Below are positions 26,901-41,900 of a stretch of DNA of 64,000 bases, one piece after another. A program made the position numbers and the translations under genes. Below the pieces are notes generated by a model, which saw only the letters and a program-made list of their open reading frames with translations, was not told where the DNA came from and did no database searches. Origin of the DNA: Lytechinus pictus (lineage: Eukaryota); NCBI RefSeq assembly GCF_037042905.1, contig NC_087249.1, positions 54,932,001 to 54,996,000 on the forward strand, given 5' to 3'. Every line of letters starts with the position of its first letter. Position 1 is the stretch's first letter.

Positions 26901-29900
26901 ATGTGTGCATTTATACATTCATTTCTGTTGTTGTAAATTTGCTTTCATATTTATGTCTAAATTGTCTATGTATGGGCATGTTTTTTTGTGGGGGGAGGGG
27001 GTAACATTTTCTGTTAAATTTGATACAAAGATTATTACATAACTTGTCTGATATTATAATAGAACTTGTAATAAAGAAACAGCTTGACAATTTCAGATGA
27101 CTGTTCCAAATTTTACTTCCATGCATGATGGATTTCATGGTATAGTTATGAATGAAATGTCAAATTGCTGGGCCTGTTTTACAAGGGGTTGCAATTGATT
27201 CAATTTGAAATCAAATCATTCTGTACTCGTTTCACTTGAGAACATAATAATAGAGATCAGTCTCATTGGGAGTTGATTTGAATCACTTGCAAGAGAATGA
27301 CCTCATTTCCTATCTTTTCTAACACAGTTGAGATCAATATTAATTTCAATGAATCAATCTTAACTCTTGTTGATACAGTGCGGTGGGTATTAACTGTTCT
27401 TATACTTAAATCTTTCAACATTGAAGTACCATGTCTGTTTAATTCTTTTCTAGTAGGCATTCTATCAGTAATGAGAGGCTACATGTACATGAAACAGGAC
27501 CCTTCTTGAAGCCAAGCCTCAATATAGATACCACCAACCAATCACAGAGCCAGCTAGAAGCCACACCTATTCCAGAGGAAGGGGCATGTTCATTTGTCGC
27601 TAGGTGGGATGAGGCTCGAAGAGCTCAGCAACAACGGATCAATGCAAAAAGGGTATGAGAACTTTACTTTTCTTGCTCTAGTACATGTATTAATAGTAAT
27701 ACGTATTTATACTGCACTCTGTTAGAAATGAGTATCACTCAAGGTGCTTATGCAGATTATTATCTCTCTGCTCAGCTATTTCAATCTGTTTTTCTGCACA
27801 CAGTGTATACGCACTCTCCGTTCCTAGGGGAGTATTCCAGCCAGTTGTTAGTGATTTCAATCTAATTTTTCTGCACACAGTGTATACGCACTCTCCGTTC
27901 CTAGGGGAGTATACCAGCCAGTTGTTAGTGATTTCAATCTAATTTTTCTGCACACAGTGTATACGCACTCTCCGTTCATAGGGGAGTATTCCAGCCAGTT
28001 ATGTGATTTAAATCTAATTTTTCTGCACACAGTGTATACGCACTCTCTGTTCCTAGGGGAGTATTCCAGCCAGTGGTTAGTGATTTCAATCTAATTTTTC
28101 TGCACACAGTGTATACGCACTCTCCGTTCCTAGGGGAGTATTCCAGCCAGTTATGTGATTTAAATCTAATTTTTCTACACACACACACACTCTCCATTCC
28201 TAGGGGAGTATTCCAGCCAGTTATGTGAGGTGCTCACAATGCTTGTCAAACTAGAATGACTTCACATCCCTCTGGATACCCATGTACATTGTACATACCC
28301 GGGTGGAGAGTGGCAAATGGAGATATATTCCCAAAGTTCTGCGTTGGGATTCAAATTCTTGATTTTTAGTTCTGGAGACCCAAAGCACCTCATCTCAGTG
28401 AAACTATATGATTTCTGATGATTTTCAGAATTCTACGCGTCTCAAAATTAGTCCTTTTGTACAGAGCAGAGAGAGAGAGAGAGAGACAGAAAGAAAGGAT
28501 CTTTCATTTTTATGAGTGGTATTTATTGGCATCATGAATTATTTGAAAAATAAGATTTAATAGATTTCTGATGTCAGTGTTTAGTAGAATATTTAGGCTT
28601 CCTTGGAAGGTGTATAATGTGAAGACATTTTTATCTTTACCTAGATAAAATGTTCAGTATTGACCAGATTGTCACCAGAAAAAATGAAAACTTGCATCAT
28701 ATTTAAGAGGATTTTAAAGGGAAAAGTTACACTAAATAGCGTTTTCCCCCTAGATATAGGATCTTTGAAACTTGTGAATGATAATTTTGGAATGTTTTTC
28801 AAAATGTTAAAGAAAATTAGGATTGTAGACTTGAAAGTGCATGTAGGGTAAATAGAAATAAAGAATAGGATTTTTCGAAATTAAGGTTCAGTTCTGAAAT
28901 GACCTCATACATGTATGGCTGAATTCTGTAATCCATATTCCACTCTCTGCAATGTTTTAGTAATAGACTATGGAAAATTATTTGGGCAGCATTACATGAG
29001 GGTATTTATACAACACATGGATAGATCCTTGACAGCTGATTGGATGAAAGCGTGTCACATGACATTCAGAGGAATCAGCTATAGCACGCTGAAGTAAATG
29101 AGCCAGCACTGCAAGATCCCTGGGCACACTGAACCCATGGACATGCCCCGTACACGTTAAGTGAATTAGCAGTATACGCGCATATACGTAATCACGTTTT
29201 CGTATCTCTGACCGATGTACATAGCACTGCGCATACACGTTGCTAAGCTGAACACAATGCGCGTACGTACGTTGCTAAGCTAATTATTCCCAGGGTGCGG
29301 CTGCTTACCGTTTGGATTTTCTTCTGGATTTTATGGAATTCGTTCACAAATTGGACTTCATGGATCTATGACTTTATGGATCTATGTTGAAAGTACTTGA
29401 CTCTCCTGGGATTACTGGAGTAAATCTACTTTACGCTCAAAAGACAACATTGTAAGCAAAATAAGACATAACGCACGTTAGTCATAGACTAGACCTATAG
29501 ATCTAGCCTATCGAGATCTAGTCTAAACTGTACGCTATCGGTGTTGTATAAAACAACTATTCAATGTTGTATTCGTGCGACGTTCCGAATATTGCATTCG
29601 TTGCAAGTTGAAAAGGTCTATTCAACTCCTCTTCGCGTCGTTGAATAGACTGTTTCAACTTGCACACTCATGCAATATTCGGAACGATCGCACTCATCAA
29701 CATTGAATATTTGTATACAATCTCATTGGTTCTTAAGATGAGCATATTTTTCATTTACAAAATTATGACTTTGATTTGTCTTCCATTTTTGAACAAATTT
29801 TGTTCGAATGAGTATTACAGGTTATTTAGAATTAATAATCGAACATTGGTGTATAATAACTAGTTCTTTTTGTCCCATCTATTAATATACATGTACAAAG

Positions 29901-32900
29901 TAGGTACATGTAAATATCTAAAGCACCAACTCTCCGAACACTGAATCATTAAAGGAGTCTTCACAATAATGAAATTTCTAATGAAATGTAAACTCATTTA
30001 TAGAATGAATTGGGAGGTGAGGTATGGGAGCTGAGGTATTTACTTCGAGGTCATGGTCATTCTACCATTATCCAGTGATAATCTTGCATTAGAATCTACT
30101 GGCATTTGCTTGCAATATGACAGGTTCACTTCCTACATGTTCCAAGATTTTATAGACTAATTCTAAATATAGAATATTCGAGTGTAAATATAGAAATAAT
30201 TTCTCAATGATGGACTTCAGATAGGGTAAGAAACCTTATGTGGTGCAAGTGAAAATAATGTAAACGATTCCTTTTATGTGTGCACTTTTAAAATACATTC
30301 TATAATTAATAATCAGCTTATGCAACCAGTTCATCATATGCTAATTGGAAGAACAACAAGTCTTCAGAAAAATTCAAATGAGATAACCATTGGCATGTAA
30401 TACTAGATGTTGGATTGATTCCATCACAACAGAAATATGAATCATACTCTCCATATTCACTGGTGTTTGATTTCTCTTTCTTTCAAAGCTTGATTCCATG
30501 CCAGTTTAAAAGAGATATTGCTTTGGCTATAACTTAAATGTCTCACAAACTCATAGGCCCGTATTCTGAAGTCAGGTTTAACTTAAAACCTGGTTTAAAG
30601 TTGTGGTTTAAGTGTGGATAGCCAATTGTTACATAAATCACTAACAGCAGAGACATCATATTTCAGCTCATTTGGCTCTCATATCATTCATAATTGTCTA
30701 GGAGGTATGAATTAATGATCATCTTCACCATCAATGAATCAGGAAAGAGCACAGTAAATACAAGAGAGTGTTGTCAGCAGGATTACACTTCTTGTATGCA
30801 ATGAAGAAATTGCTTTTGATTTTGAATTAAAGAGGAAGTTGACTTTAGTTATAAGCCAAAAAAAATGATGAAATAAATATTTAAAAAAATATTTGAGTGA
30901 AATTTGAAGTAAAAGAAAGAACTTTGAAATTGCAATCAGATGCAACCAAATTTGAAACTGAATGATGTAATCTTCCTTGTGTCTAGTACATTCAAATTTT
31001 CACCATTTGTACTAGTTCTTTCCTTACTTCAAAGAATTCAGTTATTAATGAAATATGTACTGTGATTACATTGTTAATATTTTTCTTATTTGAAGCAGGA
31101 TCTTCCTGGGAAAGTGGGAAAACACTCTGGGTATTAAAAAATTTGTTAACCTAACAGTTTAATACATAAAAAGCTTTTAATCTTCCAAATTTATGAAATT
31201 CTGAAATTGATTTATCCCATCATCAAAAGCAGAGTTATTAATATTTCATGTTCAGGGAAAATCAAAGACAGCAAAGAAGCTGTTTCATAAATAATTAGAT
31301 ATGTTGTTAATATTTCGGCAATGACTTTGCAGTAGCATGTATTTCCTGAGTATAATATCAATCTGCTATTATTTCCTTATATGCATGCAAGCAGGAATTT
31401 ATGCATATGATTAAGTTGAACTTTGTGCTGTGTAAAAGAGTCTCCTTGTTAGATTACTGCTGATTTGACAATTTGTATGAAGTGCATGTACCAGGGCCCC
31501 TAGGAGTTGTGATTGATTGATGCTAATTGATTATAATTTTAAATGTGAAAAGCCATCAACCCCATATATTTTAAGGATTTGAATGTATCGTTCCTTTGTA
31601 GGTAAAGCACACTATTTTTTCCCTTAATTGTATGCACAAATACATACATGTTATGGTAGGCATTTTAGATAATGCACTGCAAAAACTCTGGAATCTAGAT
31701 ATGTCCACACCAGAGAAGTGTTAAACAACACCAGTTTCGTTTTGGTCTAACACCAGAAAGGTGTTTATACAACACCAATTAGTATCAAAACAGCATCGGT
31801 TTGATTCCAAACTGGTGTTGTTTCAATACTTCTCTGGTGTGGACATATATAGATTCCTGGCTGGTGTTAAATAAACACCAGAGTTTTTGCAGTGTGGTTT
31901 GACTAGGTTGCCAGTACCGTAATGAAATTGATTGGAATGAGTCACAACTCTTTGTAGGATCATTCACAACCATAGAGATGTATACTAATTACGCTACAAT
32001 GGGGATCAGTTATTGATTTGTCTTTTTACCTGAATTCTCGGGATGAAATTCTCAAATAATTTGCATCTACGAATACCTGTCCCCCCTGTCCGTTTATAGG
32101 CCTATTATAATAATAGACAACATATTGATAACACATAAATAAATAGATAAATAGATAAAATAAAACATTGATAGTAAATTTTGACATTTAATTCAAAAGA
32201 CAGTTAATCAGCCCATCTTCTATGGATTTCCCTACCTTTTGCTTTAACTGTCATCGTCCTTTGTCAATTCCTTCATCCACATGATTCCATGTTCTCATCG
32301 ACCAATTTATGTCGGATATAATTTTGTAATTTCAATTCACTTCACTTCAATTCATTTTTAAAAATTTCATTTCCATTCAATCATAATACAAAGTTACATA
32401 AATCGGATAGGCCCTATAACAATTTTACAGATGAACATTCTTATCTCGTAAAAAAAAGAAAACAGTAGGCCTAAAAATTGAGCATACATGGCCTACTATT
32501 ATGTAACTTGCCTTAATTTGTATGAAATATATTCTAGTAATATTTTTTTTAATGTACAATAATTTGTATAAGTTAGTGTTTTTATCTTATACTAACTATA
32601 CATGTATATGAGCTATTTTAGTTTTATTAGCAAGTAGTATTTCAGGGCATCTCATTAATTTTTCTTGGTGAGCCTCCCGTTACACCATCAATGGTGAAAC
32701 TATATTGGGTCTTCAGTGGTTTTGTTAATTTTTTTTCTCATAGGAATATGATAAAAATCTGCAGGCCTATACGGCACCGAAAATGAGATATTGATTTAAA
32801 AAATATCTAGAATGACTTTTCATTGTTCCAAAATTTTTGCTTTTAATACCCTTCTCTTTGAGTTAGAATCGGTTTATTTTATTCGCTTTTAGGGGGTGGG

Positions 32901-35900
32901 GTGAAGTGACATACGCATCCAAGCAAATTCACAATCAAAATAAAAGTATTCAAGTACAGGGGGCATGACCGGACCCCTCCCTGAAGTGAAAATGAACAGT
33001 ACATAATACAATTTGATTGCTTTATTTTATGCATCCCCCCCCGACCACCACTTTCAAAATCATTCCGCAGCCCCGTAATAAACTGACATAATAATTTTGT
33101 TCATCCATGGAAATCGTATCATTAAAAAAAATGAGAAAATCAAATTCAGTATATACTTTTAAAATGACCCAAAAAAAGGGGAAACAAGAATCTGTAAAAC
33201 GCGTGTTTATATCTGTTTATACACAGAGCCGAGAGGCCGGTGCCAGTGTTAGGAAATCTTTGTCATTAACATGATTAAGTTAGTATTCAAGCAACACAGT
33301 CACATTCATTTGATTAACACAATTTCAAGACAGGTATTGAGGTTAAATTAGGATGATCACTCAACAGCCGACAATTTGTAATATCTTATTCCAAGGATTT
33401 GTCAGTTATACAATAGGCCTATGATTATTGTTTAATATGTTTGGGTTTCGTACTCACAATTTTACAAAAGTTTTTATGATAAGTTTAAGTGTGCATGTAT
33501 CTCTTTCAGGATATTGTTATCAATTGGTTTTATACACTCAGATGCAGTAACAATATACTTCGTAGTATAATTAAAAAAAATTATTATATCCCCCTCCCGC
33601 TCTGTTTATTCTCCTCTCCTTCTCCTCCTCCTTCTTCCTCTTCTTATTATTCGATCCTTGATTGTTCACATAATATTGGTTCAATCATAGGATCACAAAC
33701 ACAATATCTCAACCGGTTTGTCGATCAGCATGGTATTTCAGCCGGGTTGAATAAAGTCTAGATTTTCCAGAAAATCAAAGTTAAAGAGGAATCCAGCCTT
33801 GGCCATAAAATGTGGTGTTGGGTAGGAGAAAAATTATTTAAACAGAATGGTGAAAGTTTGAAAGAAATCGGACGAGCAATAAGAAAGTTATAGCTGCTTT
33901 AAAATTGAGATCACTAATACTATGTAGATTTCAAATTGGCAACTGGGTAAGTAAATTATGACAAGGGGCAAGGACAACTTTCCCATAGGCCATGTACTTT
34001 ATTATCAGGGATTTGTGGTTTTCTCCTAAGTACCCATTCCTTTGGGGCAGTAATCTAAATATAACCCAGGTAGTATATTGTTTTATGTCCTCATGAAAGA
34101 AAAATATAATTTGAAATAAAACTTTTGGGAAAAATGACATTTTAGCCATAATATGTATTGGAGTACATGGAAGAGTAGTCCTTGCCTTACATCACTTTGA
34201 CATCCCATATGCGGCCAATTTGAAGTCTCCATGGGTATAGTGATTACCAATATTTACAACTTTTAAAAATTCATAACTTTCTTGTTTTTTGTCCAATATT
34301 GTTCAAACTTTCACCCATCAACTTGTCTGATTTTTCTTTTCCTTATAAAAACAAGTTTTTATTTGGGTTGGATTCTCCTTTAAAATCTTTTATGTTGCAT
34401 TAAACACGCATCGTAATTTGTTTATCATGTTTACAAGGCAATGCTGTAAACACAATTACCCTCAATATTAGGCCTCCTGTTTACATTGCAAAATATTTTA
34501 TTGTACGACTGCATGCATGCGCGCATTCGATATGCAAATTTTGCTGTCAACAAACTTTTCTACATTGATTTGCAAGTAAGAAAGTATATGATCGGATGGT
34601 TGCCAACATTGGAAATATAAATCATAAACTTATAGATTCATCAATTAACTGGACCAATGTGTAAATCATTTTCAAATATTATCAATAAAAAGTCATTTTA
34701 TGACTCACGAGTTGATGACGATTACATCGACAATTAAATCCATGGGGGAAAAGGAGTTATGCCCATATGATTTCTATGTGTAGATCTATACATGTATATA
34801 TGGAAAATAAATTATAACAATTATTCTAAAAAATGAAGAAATAAATTATCAGCATCATGGTTATTATGAAACTACTTGAAAATAATGCAATTGTGTTTTC
34901 TATCAATACATTGTGTCTCAGATCAGGCGCGGATCCAGGATTTTCCAAAAGGGGGAGCCGGGGGTGGATAATTCAAAGGGGGGTACACTAGTGTGTTTTA
35001 ACGGCATTTAACATTACAAATTTTAACTGTGCCTCTCAAAATTGTGGGGGGGGGGGGGGTCACGAGCTGGCTCTGCCCCCCTCCCACTTAGATCCGCCAG
35101 TGTCTCATATGCATTAGACACTGATATGGCCTGTATAGGCCAAGTTAACTTTCTTGACTAAATTTCTGAGGTCAACTTGAACATGTTATAAATTTGTTAA
35201 TCAGGACTCCCTATAAAACAATATGCCCAGGCCTACATGTTATTTTTAATATTCATCCCTTCCAAATCTTTAGAAAATAACAGTCATATTAGTGTATCGA
35301 AATGTTATGACCAAAGCAAAAACAATTGGGGATGTATCATTGGCCTGTATATTATGCGCTATATTGATATTCCCATATATATATATATGGGAATTTTTGT
35401 TCTCAGTTTCGTTAGATTTTTTGTTAATTTAAACTGTAATTTTGTACATTCAATACTATTTAATTTTTCATTTGCTTTCGCGCTCATATGTCATCATTTT
35501 GTTCCATTTCTGTGCTATCACAGTACATGCCCCATAGGTACTGTACGCGCATTGCATGCTGCGAAGACCTATCGAGTAATGGCGGCCGGTCTCCGCGTAA
35601 TCACAGTGATTTGACGATGTACGCCCTCTAGCGTTATTAGTATACATCTCTATGTTCACAACCCATTATAATCATTATCATTATGCTGCTTTAATTGAAA
35701 TGAATTTGATATCACTGGTGACTTCTCTGATATTACTCTGCTGCCTGATGGCACGTACAAAATAGTAGCAAACATTTCCTGTGCATAAAGTGGTATAGAT
35801 GAATGTAATGTTAATTCCATTACATGAAGCATTCATGTCTCATATTTCTAATATTTACAATTGTTGAACTACATCATTATGGTGGTTGAAACTTTAATAT

Positions 35901-38900
35901 TCATGTCGGTCAGTTGAGTGAATTTTTAAATGACAGGATTAACGGGACCATTTTCATGGAACTCCCCTCTTCCCGACAAACAAAATCTACCGTAAGTACT
36001 TTTTAAAAAGCCAAAATAACGACAAAAAGCAGATTGTTGTTTTGATTGAAATACTGCTTTATACAGCATCTGCCTCCCATGTTTCCATTCAATTCAGTGA
36101 ATCTATAAAATTGTTTATGCTTTGAAATAGATTATTTGTGCAATGCACATCAACTGATTATTAAACTGAAACACAGAGGTACATGTAATAGAAATGATGG
36201 ACATATATCTGTAAAAATATTGTGATACTAACTGTCATGGAAGAAATAAAAAATGATGATGACCTAAAAATAGAAAGAGGGGTGGAATCCCCTCCCCCCT
36301 CCCATCTCATCTTTGTACAAAAATTGGTACACATTTCATCTCTAGAAAATTGTATGGTCAGTAACCTTTCAAAAAATCATATTTCGAAAGCTTGATTATG
36401 AATCAATTATGCTTTTTATACATCAAAGATACTCTCAATATGTGTAATTTCTGTAGAACAGACATTTTATTGTACATTCAATGTTTTATCCTCTGTTGAT
36501 TGGAAGCTTCCATGTACATGTATGTTCAAAAACAGTAGTAGACGAGATATAGAGGGAGAGAGGACACGAGAAAGACGGAGAAAAATAGACAATCATTATT
36601 TGACTTTGTATGTAATGAATAGAAGATATACATGATATCCTTTTTGAAGTTGATGTTTTTTTTCTTTATAATGACTGTAAATTCCCTACATGCTAATTCT
36701 TTCTTTTGTTTTGAGGGGGGTGCAATCATTAAGGGAAACCTCTCAAAATATTTACATCATGTCATTTTCCTTGCTTTTCTTTTTAGAATGTTAGCTTTCT
36801 GTGAATATAGAAGATAGACCCCCAAAAAATATTTGCCATCTCCAGTGTGATCGTTTTCAGCCTTATAGATTGCCCTCCTGCACGTCCCCCTAATGATAAT
36901 AGATTCACATTAAAATGTTTTCATGTTACAGGGTAGATTGATTAAGCCTGCATTGGGTAGCTTGTGGCGATGTAGAAAGGAAGAGGATCGCATCAGTCTG
37001 AAGGACTTTGTTAATCATCAATATCCCTGCTCTATGACAGACTCTCAGGTAAGAGAATCCAGGGGTTTCTCATAATTAACAGATCTTGGGGGTGTTTTTA
37101 CAGAGTTTAGTTTTTCAATTCAGTGTTTAACGTGTCTTAATTTGTTGTTTGATAAACATTTTGTTGGCTTACTTAGTGCTTCCTTTAATCATTTATTTGA
37201 TAAATGAAATTAACCATCGGCCCCCTAATAATGGATCAACCATGTAGATAACTTTCTTGGGCTGTGCAAGTCAAGTGTGCAGCCAGCTTGCTGTAATATA
37301 CACCTGTCTTATCTGTACCGTGCACAAAACAAGCAAAACAGATCAATCTGAATATTTGCATTTGATAAAGGCCTACAGATATCAAAATCATGATCATACA
37401 CAGTCTCCATTTCCAGAGGAAATTACTAGTCTATTTCCAAAAGTTCTTCCATTTCAGATCTGTTTCCGTAAACGTTTGTTTCTGAAAACATGTCTGTTTC
37501 TGTAAATGTTTGTTTCTTACAGCTGCCTTACCTATTTCTGTCAACGTTTTCTTTTTTAAAGCTTGTCCATTTCTGTAAATGTTTATTTCTGTAACCGTTT
37601 GTTTCTGGACAAATTGTTTGTCCTATCAGAATGAGTAAAAAATTAAGTTTTGGTGTAAATTTAAAAGTGGCCGTAGGAGAGTTACATATGATAAACCAAA
37701 TCTTGCTTGCTTTGCCAGTAGAAGGATCGCCATGGCATTAGTGATCTTGACATTCAAATGCTAATAAATGTCTTTGTTCAATTTTGCTCAAACTTTCAGA
37801 GATCTACATGTAATTCTTTGGTTTTTCTGCTTTTTTACTAGCTAACCTTTTTCAAGGGTTTCATGAACTCCTTTAAGCAGGATGTTTTTCTCTAGTTTTA
37901 TTATGGGCATTTTCACCACAGATGGACACAAAGGCAAAAAAATCAAGTTGATATTCATGTCAAATGCTTTGTTTTTTAATAATACAAGATCTGAAGTTTC
38001 TGGGACAAAACTTTTTCCGACTCTGGCAGCCATTTTTTATTTCAAAATGGCTGCCAAAGTATGGATACAAATTAGTGTTGAAAATAGTATATTGATACAT
38101 ATTTTATTTTGACAGATTTTTAAAGAACAGGGGGGCGTTTCATGAAAGGACTTGTCTGACGTTTTATCCGACAAGTCCCATTTTATCCGACAGTTACCAT
38201 AGTGACAGTACCTCTCAGCCAATCAACATCAGAGAAAGATGTCAGATCTGACAACTTGTCGGATGAAAATGTTGATGAAACACTCCCCAGGTTTCATCAT
38301 GATGTCTTCGCCTGTGATTTAGCTTGCTATTATAACACTTTATAAAATCCCATACAAAGAAACACCAGTAATAATAATAATAACTAGAATTTTAATTCGT
38401 CATGATGATGAATTAGGTGATCTGTCTCTGATTTTCATGATCACGAATACAATCACCATGTTTATTGAGATCAATACGATGATCATATTGAAAACTGAAT
38501 TTTTATTACGAAAAGAACATGTTGAATACTCTTGAAAAGAGTGAAATTGAGAAGTTATGAGAAATAGGTGTAGGTGATACACATGATACATGTTATGTTA
38601 AAAGGGTTTTTAAACTATTTTATTGTGCAATATTTTAACTTATACACCTTGAAATTGTCATAAAGGACCATTTGTGAAATGTTGAAAAGAAACAAATAAG
38701 GAAAAAAAATTTCTCATGTTCACCCCTGGCTTCGAACCGTGGACCCTAAGGACGCAAGTCTGATGCCTTACCAATCGAGCTGGACTGTTTCCCATAGACT
38801 ACACATAAGCAGAATAAGAGGATCTCAAATCCCATTTTGCAAGAGAAATATGGGCATGATCCCGGCATCTGATCGGAACATGGAGACCACATTTACGATA

Positions 38901-41900
38901 GCTTAGAATCTCAGCTACAACATATTCCAAGCTCAGAGAAAATCGACAAAAGGAAATGGAGATATGGCTCGCGAAATAGAGGAATGTAAAATCCAGTTTT
39001 GAGAAAAAGTTATTTCCCATAGAGATTGCACACAAAATGAGCGAAAATGACATGCCTCTATAACTTGCCATTTTCAGGATGATCTGTTCCTTTAAATGTA
39101 AATATAGCCATCACGTTAGAAAGAATGTGTCCTCAGCTACAACATCTAAAAAACTGAGCAAAAAATTTACCTATATTTACGGAGTTAGAGTCAAATTTGC
39201 ATAACTACATGTATGATGACGTCATAAGTAGCAAAGTCGATATTTTGAGTTCCGACGGCCATTTTGATGACGTCATGATAAAATTTAGGGTCAAATATGG
39301 CATGAAATCATATCTCCCATCCATACTCTATTCGATTGTGAAAAAAAATTGGGGGTCAACGCACTTCCTGAAGAGCTATAATGAATTTTGTATAGGCATG
39401 TTTTTGCACATATATTGTCTATGGTTAGTGCGCGCTGTAAAGTTTGATGGAGTCTAATTCCGTTATTACTTGTTGTACAAGGTTCATCAAGGTATCAAAA
39501 TACTCAGAATTATATTATCGATGCATTGATATGAAAAGATACGGCGATTCTATGTTGCGTAATACCGTTACGCGCGAAAACGCGCACGTAATCGTGTGCG
39601 CCCGCAAATTTATGAAATTCTTAAAATGACCTGAATCATACTCTACTTTGGTCAAAAAGTGATTTTGAGCATTTTAAAAGTTTGACGTGCGCGTATGTGC
39701 ACGTCGTGACCTTTACATGACCTTTGATGATATGGACAGTTGACCCTTGACCTGAAGTTAATGTGATGTAAATATGGTAAATTTTTTATAATTGATAATG
39801 AAGATATGATTGATTATGTGATTTTACAAAATGGCGTCTAGATGACGTCATGATGACCTTTTGACCTTGAACCTGTTTCGTACACATGACATGATATGTC
39901 CCCATAACTGATAATATTTTGAAGAAAATTGAAGATGTAGATTTTGAGATTTTAGTGGAACAAGAAAAGGGTGGAAAATAAAAATAAAGAAATGAATAAA
40001 AAAGAAAATTCGTACAAAATTAAAAGTTGATCTGTCGATTGACAGATCACCTAATAATTGGCATTTATATAGCGCTTTATCAATCTACGACTGTTCAAAG
40101 CGCTTCACAATTATTATTACCCAGTCACTGGATCCATAGCATTCCAATTTCCAAGCAGCCTGTTAGGCGCAAACTTGCTAAACCAACCACAATGACAGTT
40201 GTTTCCTACCGGTACCCAATTAGCACCTGGGTGAGAGTGGCAAAGTGTGGATTGACGCCTTGCCAAAGGGCGCTAGGCCATGGTGGGATTCGAACACACG
40301 ACCCTCTGATTACAAGGCGAGAGTCAGAACCGCTACACCACGGCGCTTCCACTTCATTTATTCATTTATCTGATAAAAAAATATTGATGAAGTATGTGAT
40401 ATGGTATGTAACGTCAGTTACCAAAAACATGAACTTTTTTTTCTAATTTCCCGGAAAAGAGGATATATTATATGAAACTTGGTAGATTTTCTCTCCAGGT
40501 AACACCCCTCCCTTCTACACCAAAATGAAAGATTACCAATTAACAATCAAGCCATAGGGTACCAGTAAATATGTGTAACGTCAGTTACCAAGTGGAAAAT
40601 GTAATGACAGTTATCGAGATGTAATGTCACTTACCATGATAAAATGTTGCTACCAATAGTGAAATGCAAATGTGGTCAATTTTATGGTGAAGAAATATTG
40701 TATACTTGTTATTTAAGTCTTTCACTTGGTTTAAAAGTCACACCAGAAGGAGCTTGCTATTGGCTTTTAAAAGGTATAGTTCACAAGGAATACTATATAA
40801 AATTATGAAGGAAGTTGCATTCCCATCGTGCAAAAATAAATTACTATGAAATCGTTTTGCATACATGCACTTACCAATTACCTAATTGTTTGGATCAGAC
40901 AAATTTTTTTTTTTTTTGGTTTTCGGGGGAAGGGGGTACTTTTCCCAACCTATTGCCTAAATCTGCAACATTTGATAAGCTTAACATCGCGATGAAGGGG
41001 GTTTCCAGGACCCCTTTTTTAGTTTCTAGGATTCTTTTGAGCATTGCCGGGCTAAAAGTAAATTCCTGTTTTTTATACCTGTTAGTAGTGTAGATGTCTG
41101 ATACAATTTTTGTTTTTGGTTTACAAATAGATGAAAAGTGAAATTTGTCAGTTCTGATCAATGTTGCATGGATCTACTAAAACTGGGTTGTTTTTTTTAG
41201 TTCAGAAGCTGGAGTTTATTTTTTGTTGACAGCTTAAAAAAGAAATTAGCAAAGAGAATGATTAAACAAATTAAGAAGAGAATTGAAATCCAACAGATAT
41301 GAACAAGCATTGCTTGCACTGACCAGAATAGTAATCAATAAATCTGCATAGCTGCATGAGATTCGGGGGAGGAGACCCTTATTCATTTTGCCTTTTTTGA
41401 GGGGAGGGGGAGGTTGGAGAAGCAAAAGGTTTAAAAAGTCAATATAAAACTGATGAATATTAATGGGAGTATACAGTAGTCAGAAAAATCCATGTGTACA
41501 GTCAATGCAATATTTAATTACTATAGGAATACATGTAGCTGCTATGACCCCCCACCCCCGAGTATTAAAGTAAAACATACATTTCTTATCTTTTGATAAT
41601 TAAAAATGTGAAGTATTATGAAACTTTTATGATTTTGAAAAGCCTTACATATAAGTGCCAAGAAAATTATTCCTTTGAAAATCATACCTGCCAACCAGTA
41701 CGTTTTAGGCGTATTTAGTACGTTTTTGCAACCAAAATACGGCAGTACGTTTTTTCTTTTAAAAATACGTTTTTTTGTTAAAAAAAAAAAAAAAAATGTC
41801 TCTATTTCATAAAACGTACACAAATATGGTTATTAGATCAATGTGATTTCAGGTAACTTGTTTTTTTTTCAATCATTTTGTTAAAACCAGGGTGAAGATA

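Noticed and set aside
27779-28227. Possible CRISPR array or coding repeat (ORF 27976-28197)
   Set aside because: Whole units repeat without spacers; the ORF is a by-product of the minisatellite.
38720-38790. Functional tRNA gene
   Set aside because: Acceptor and anticodon stems do not pair; only the Pol III boxes are recognisable.
40278-40350. Functional tRNA gene
   Set aside because: It is the head of a SINE and continues into the SINE body and tail.
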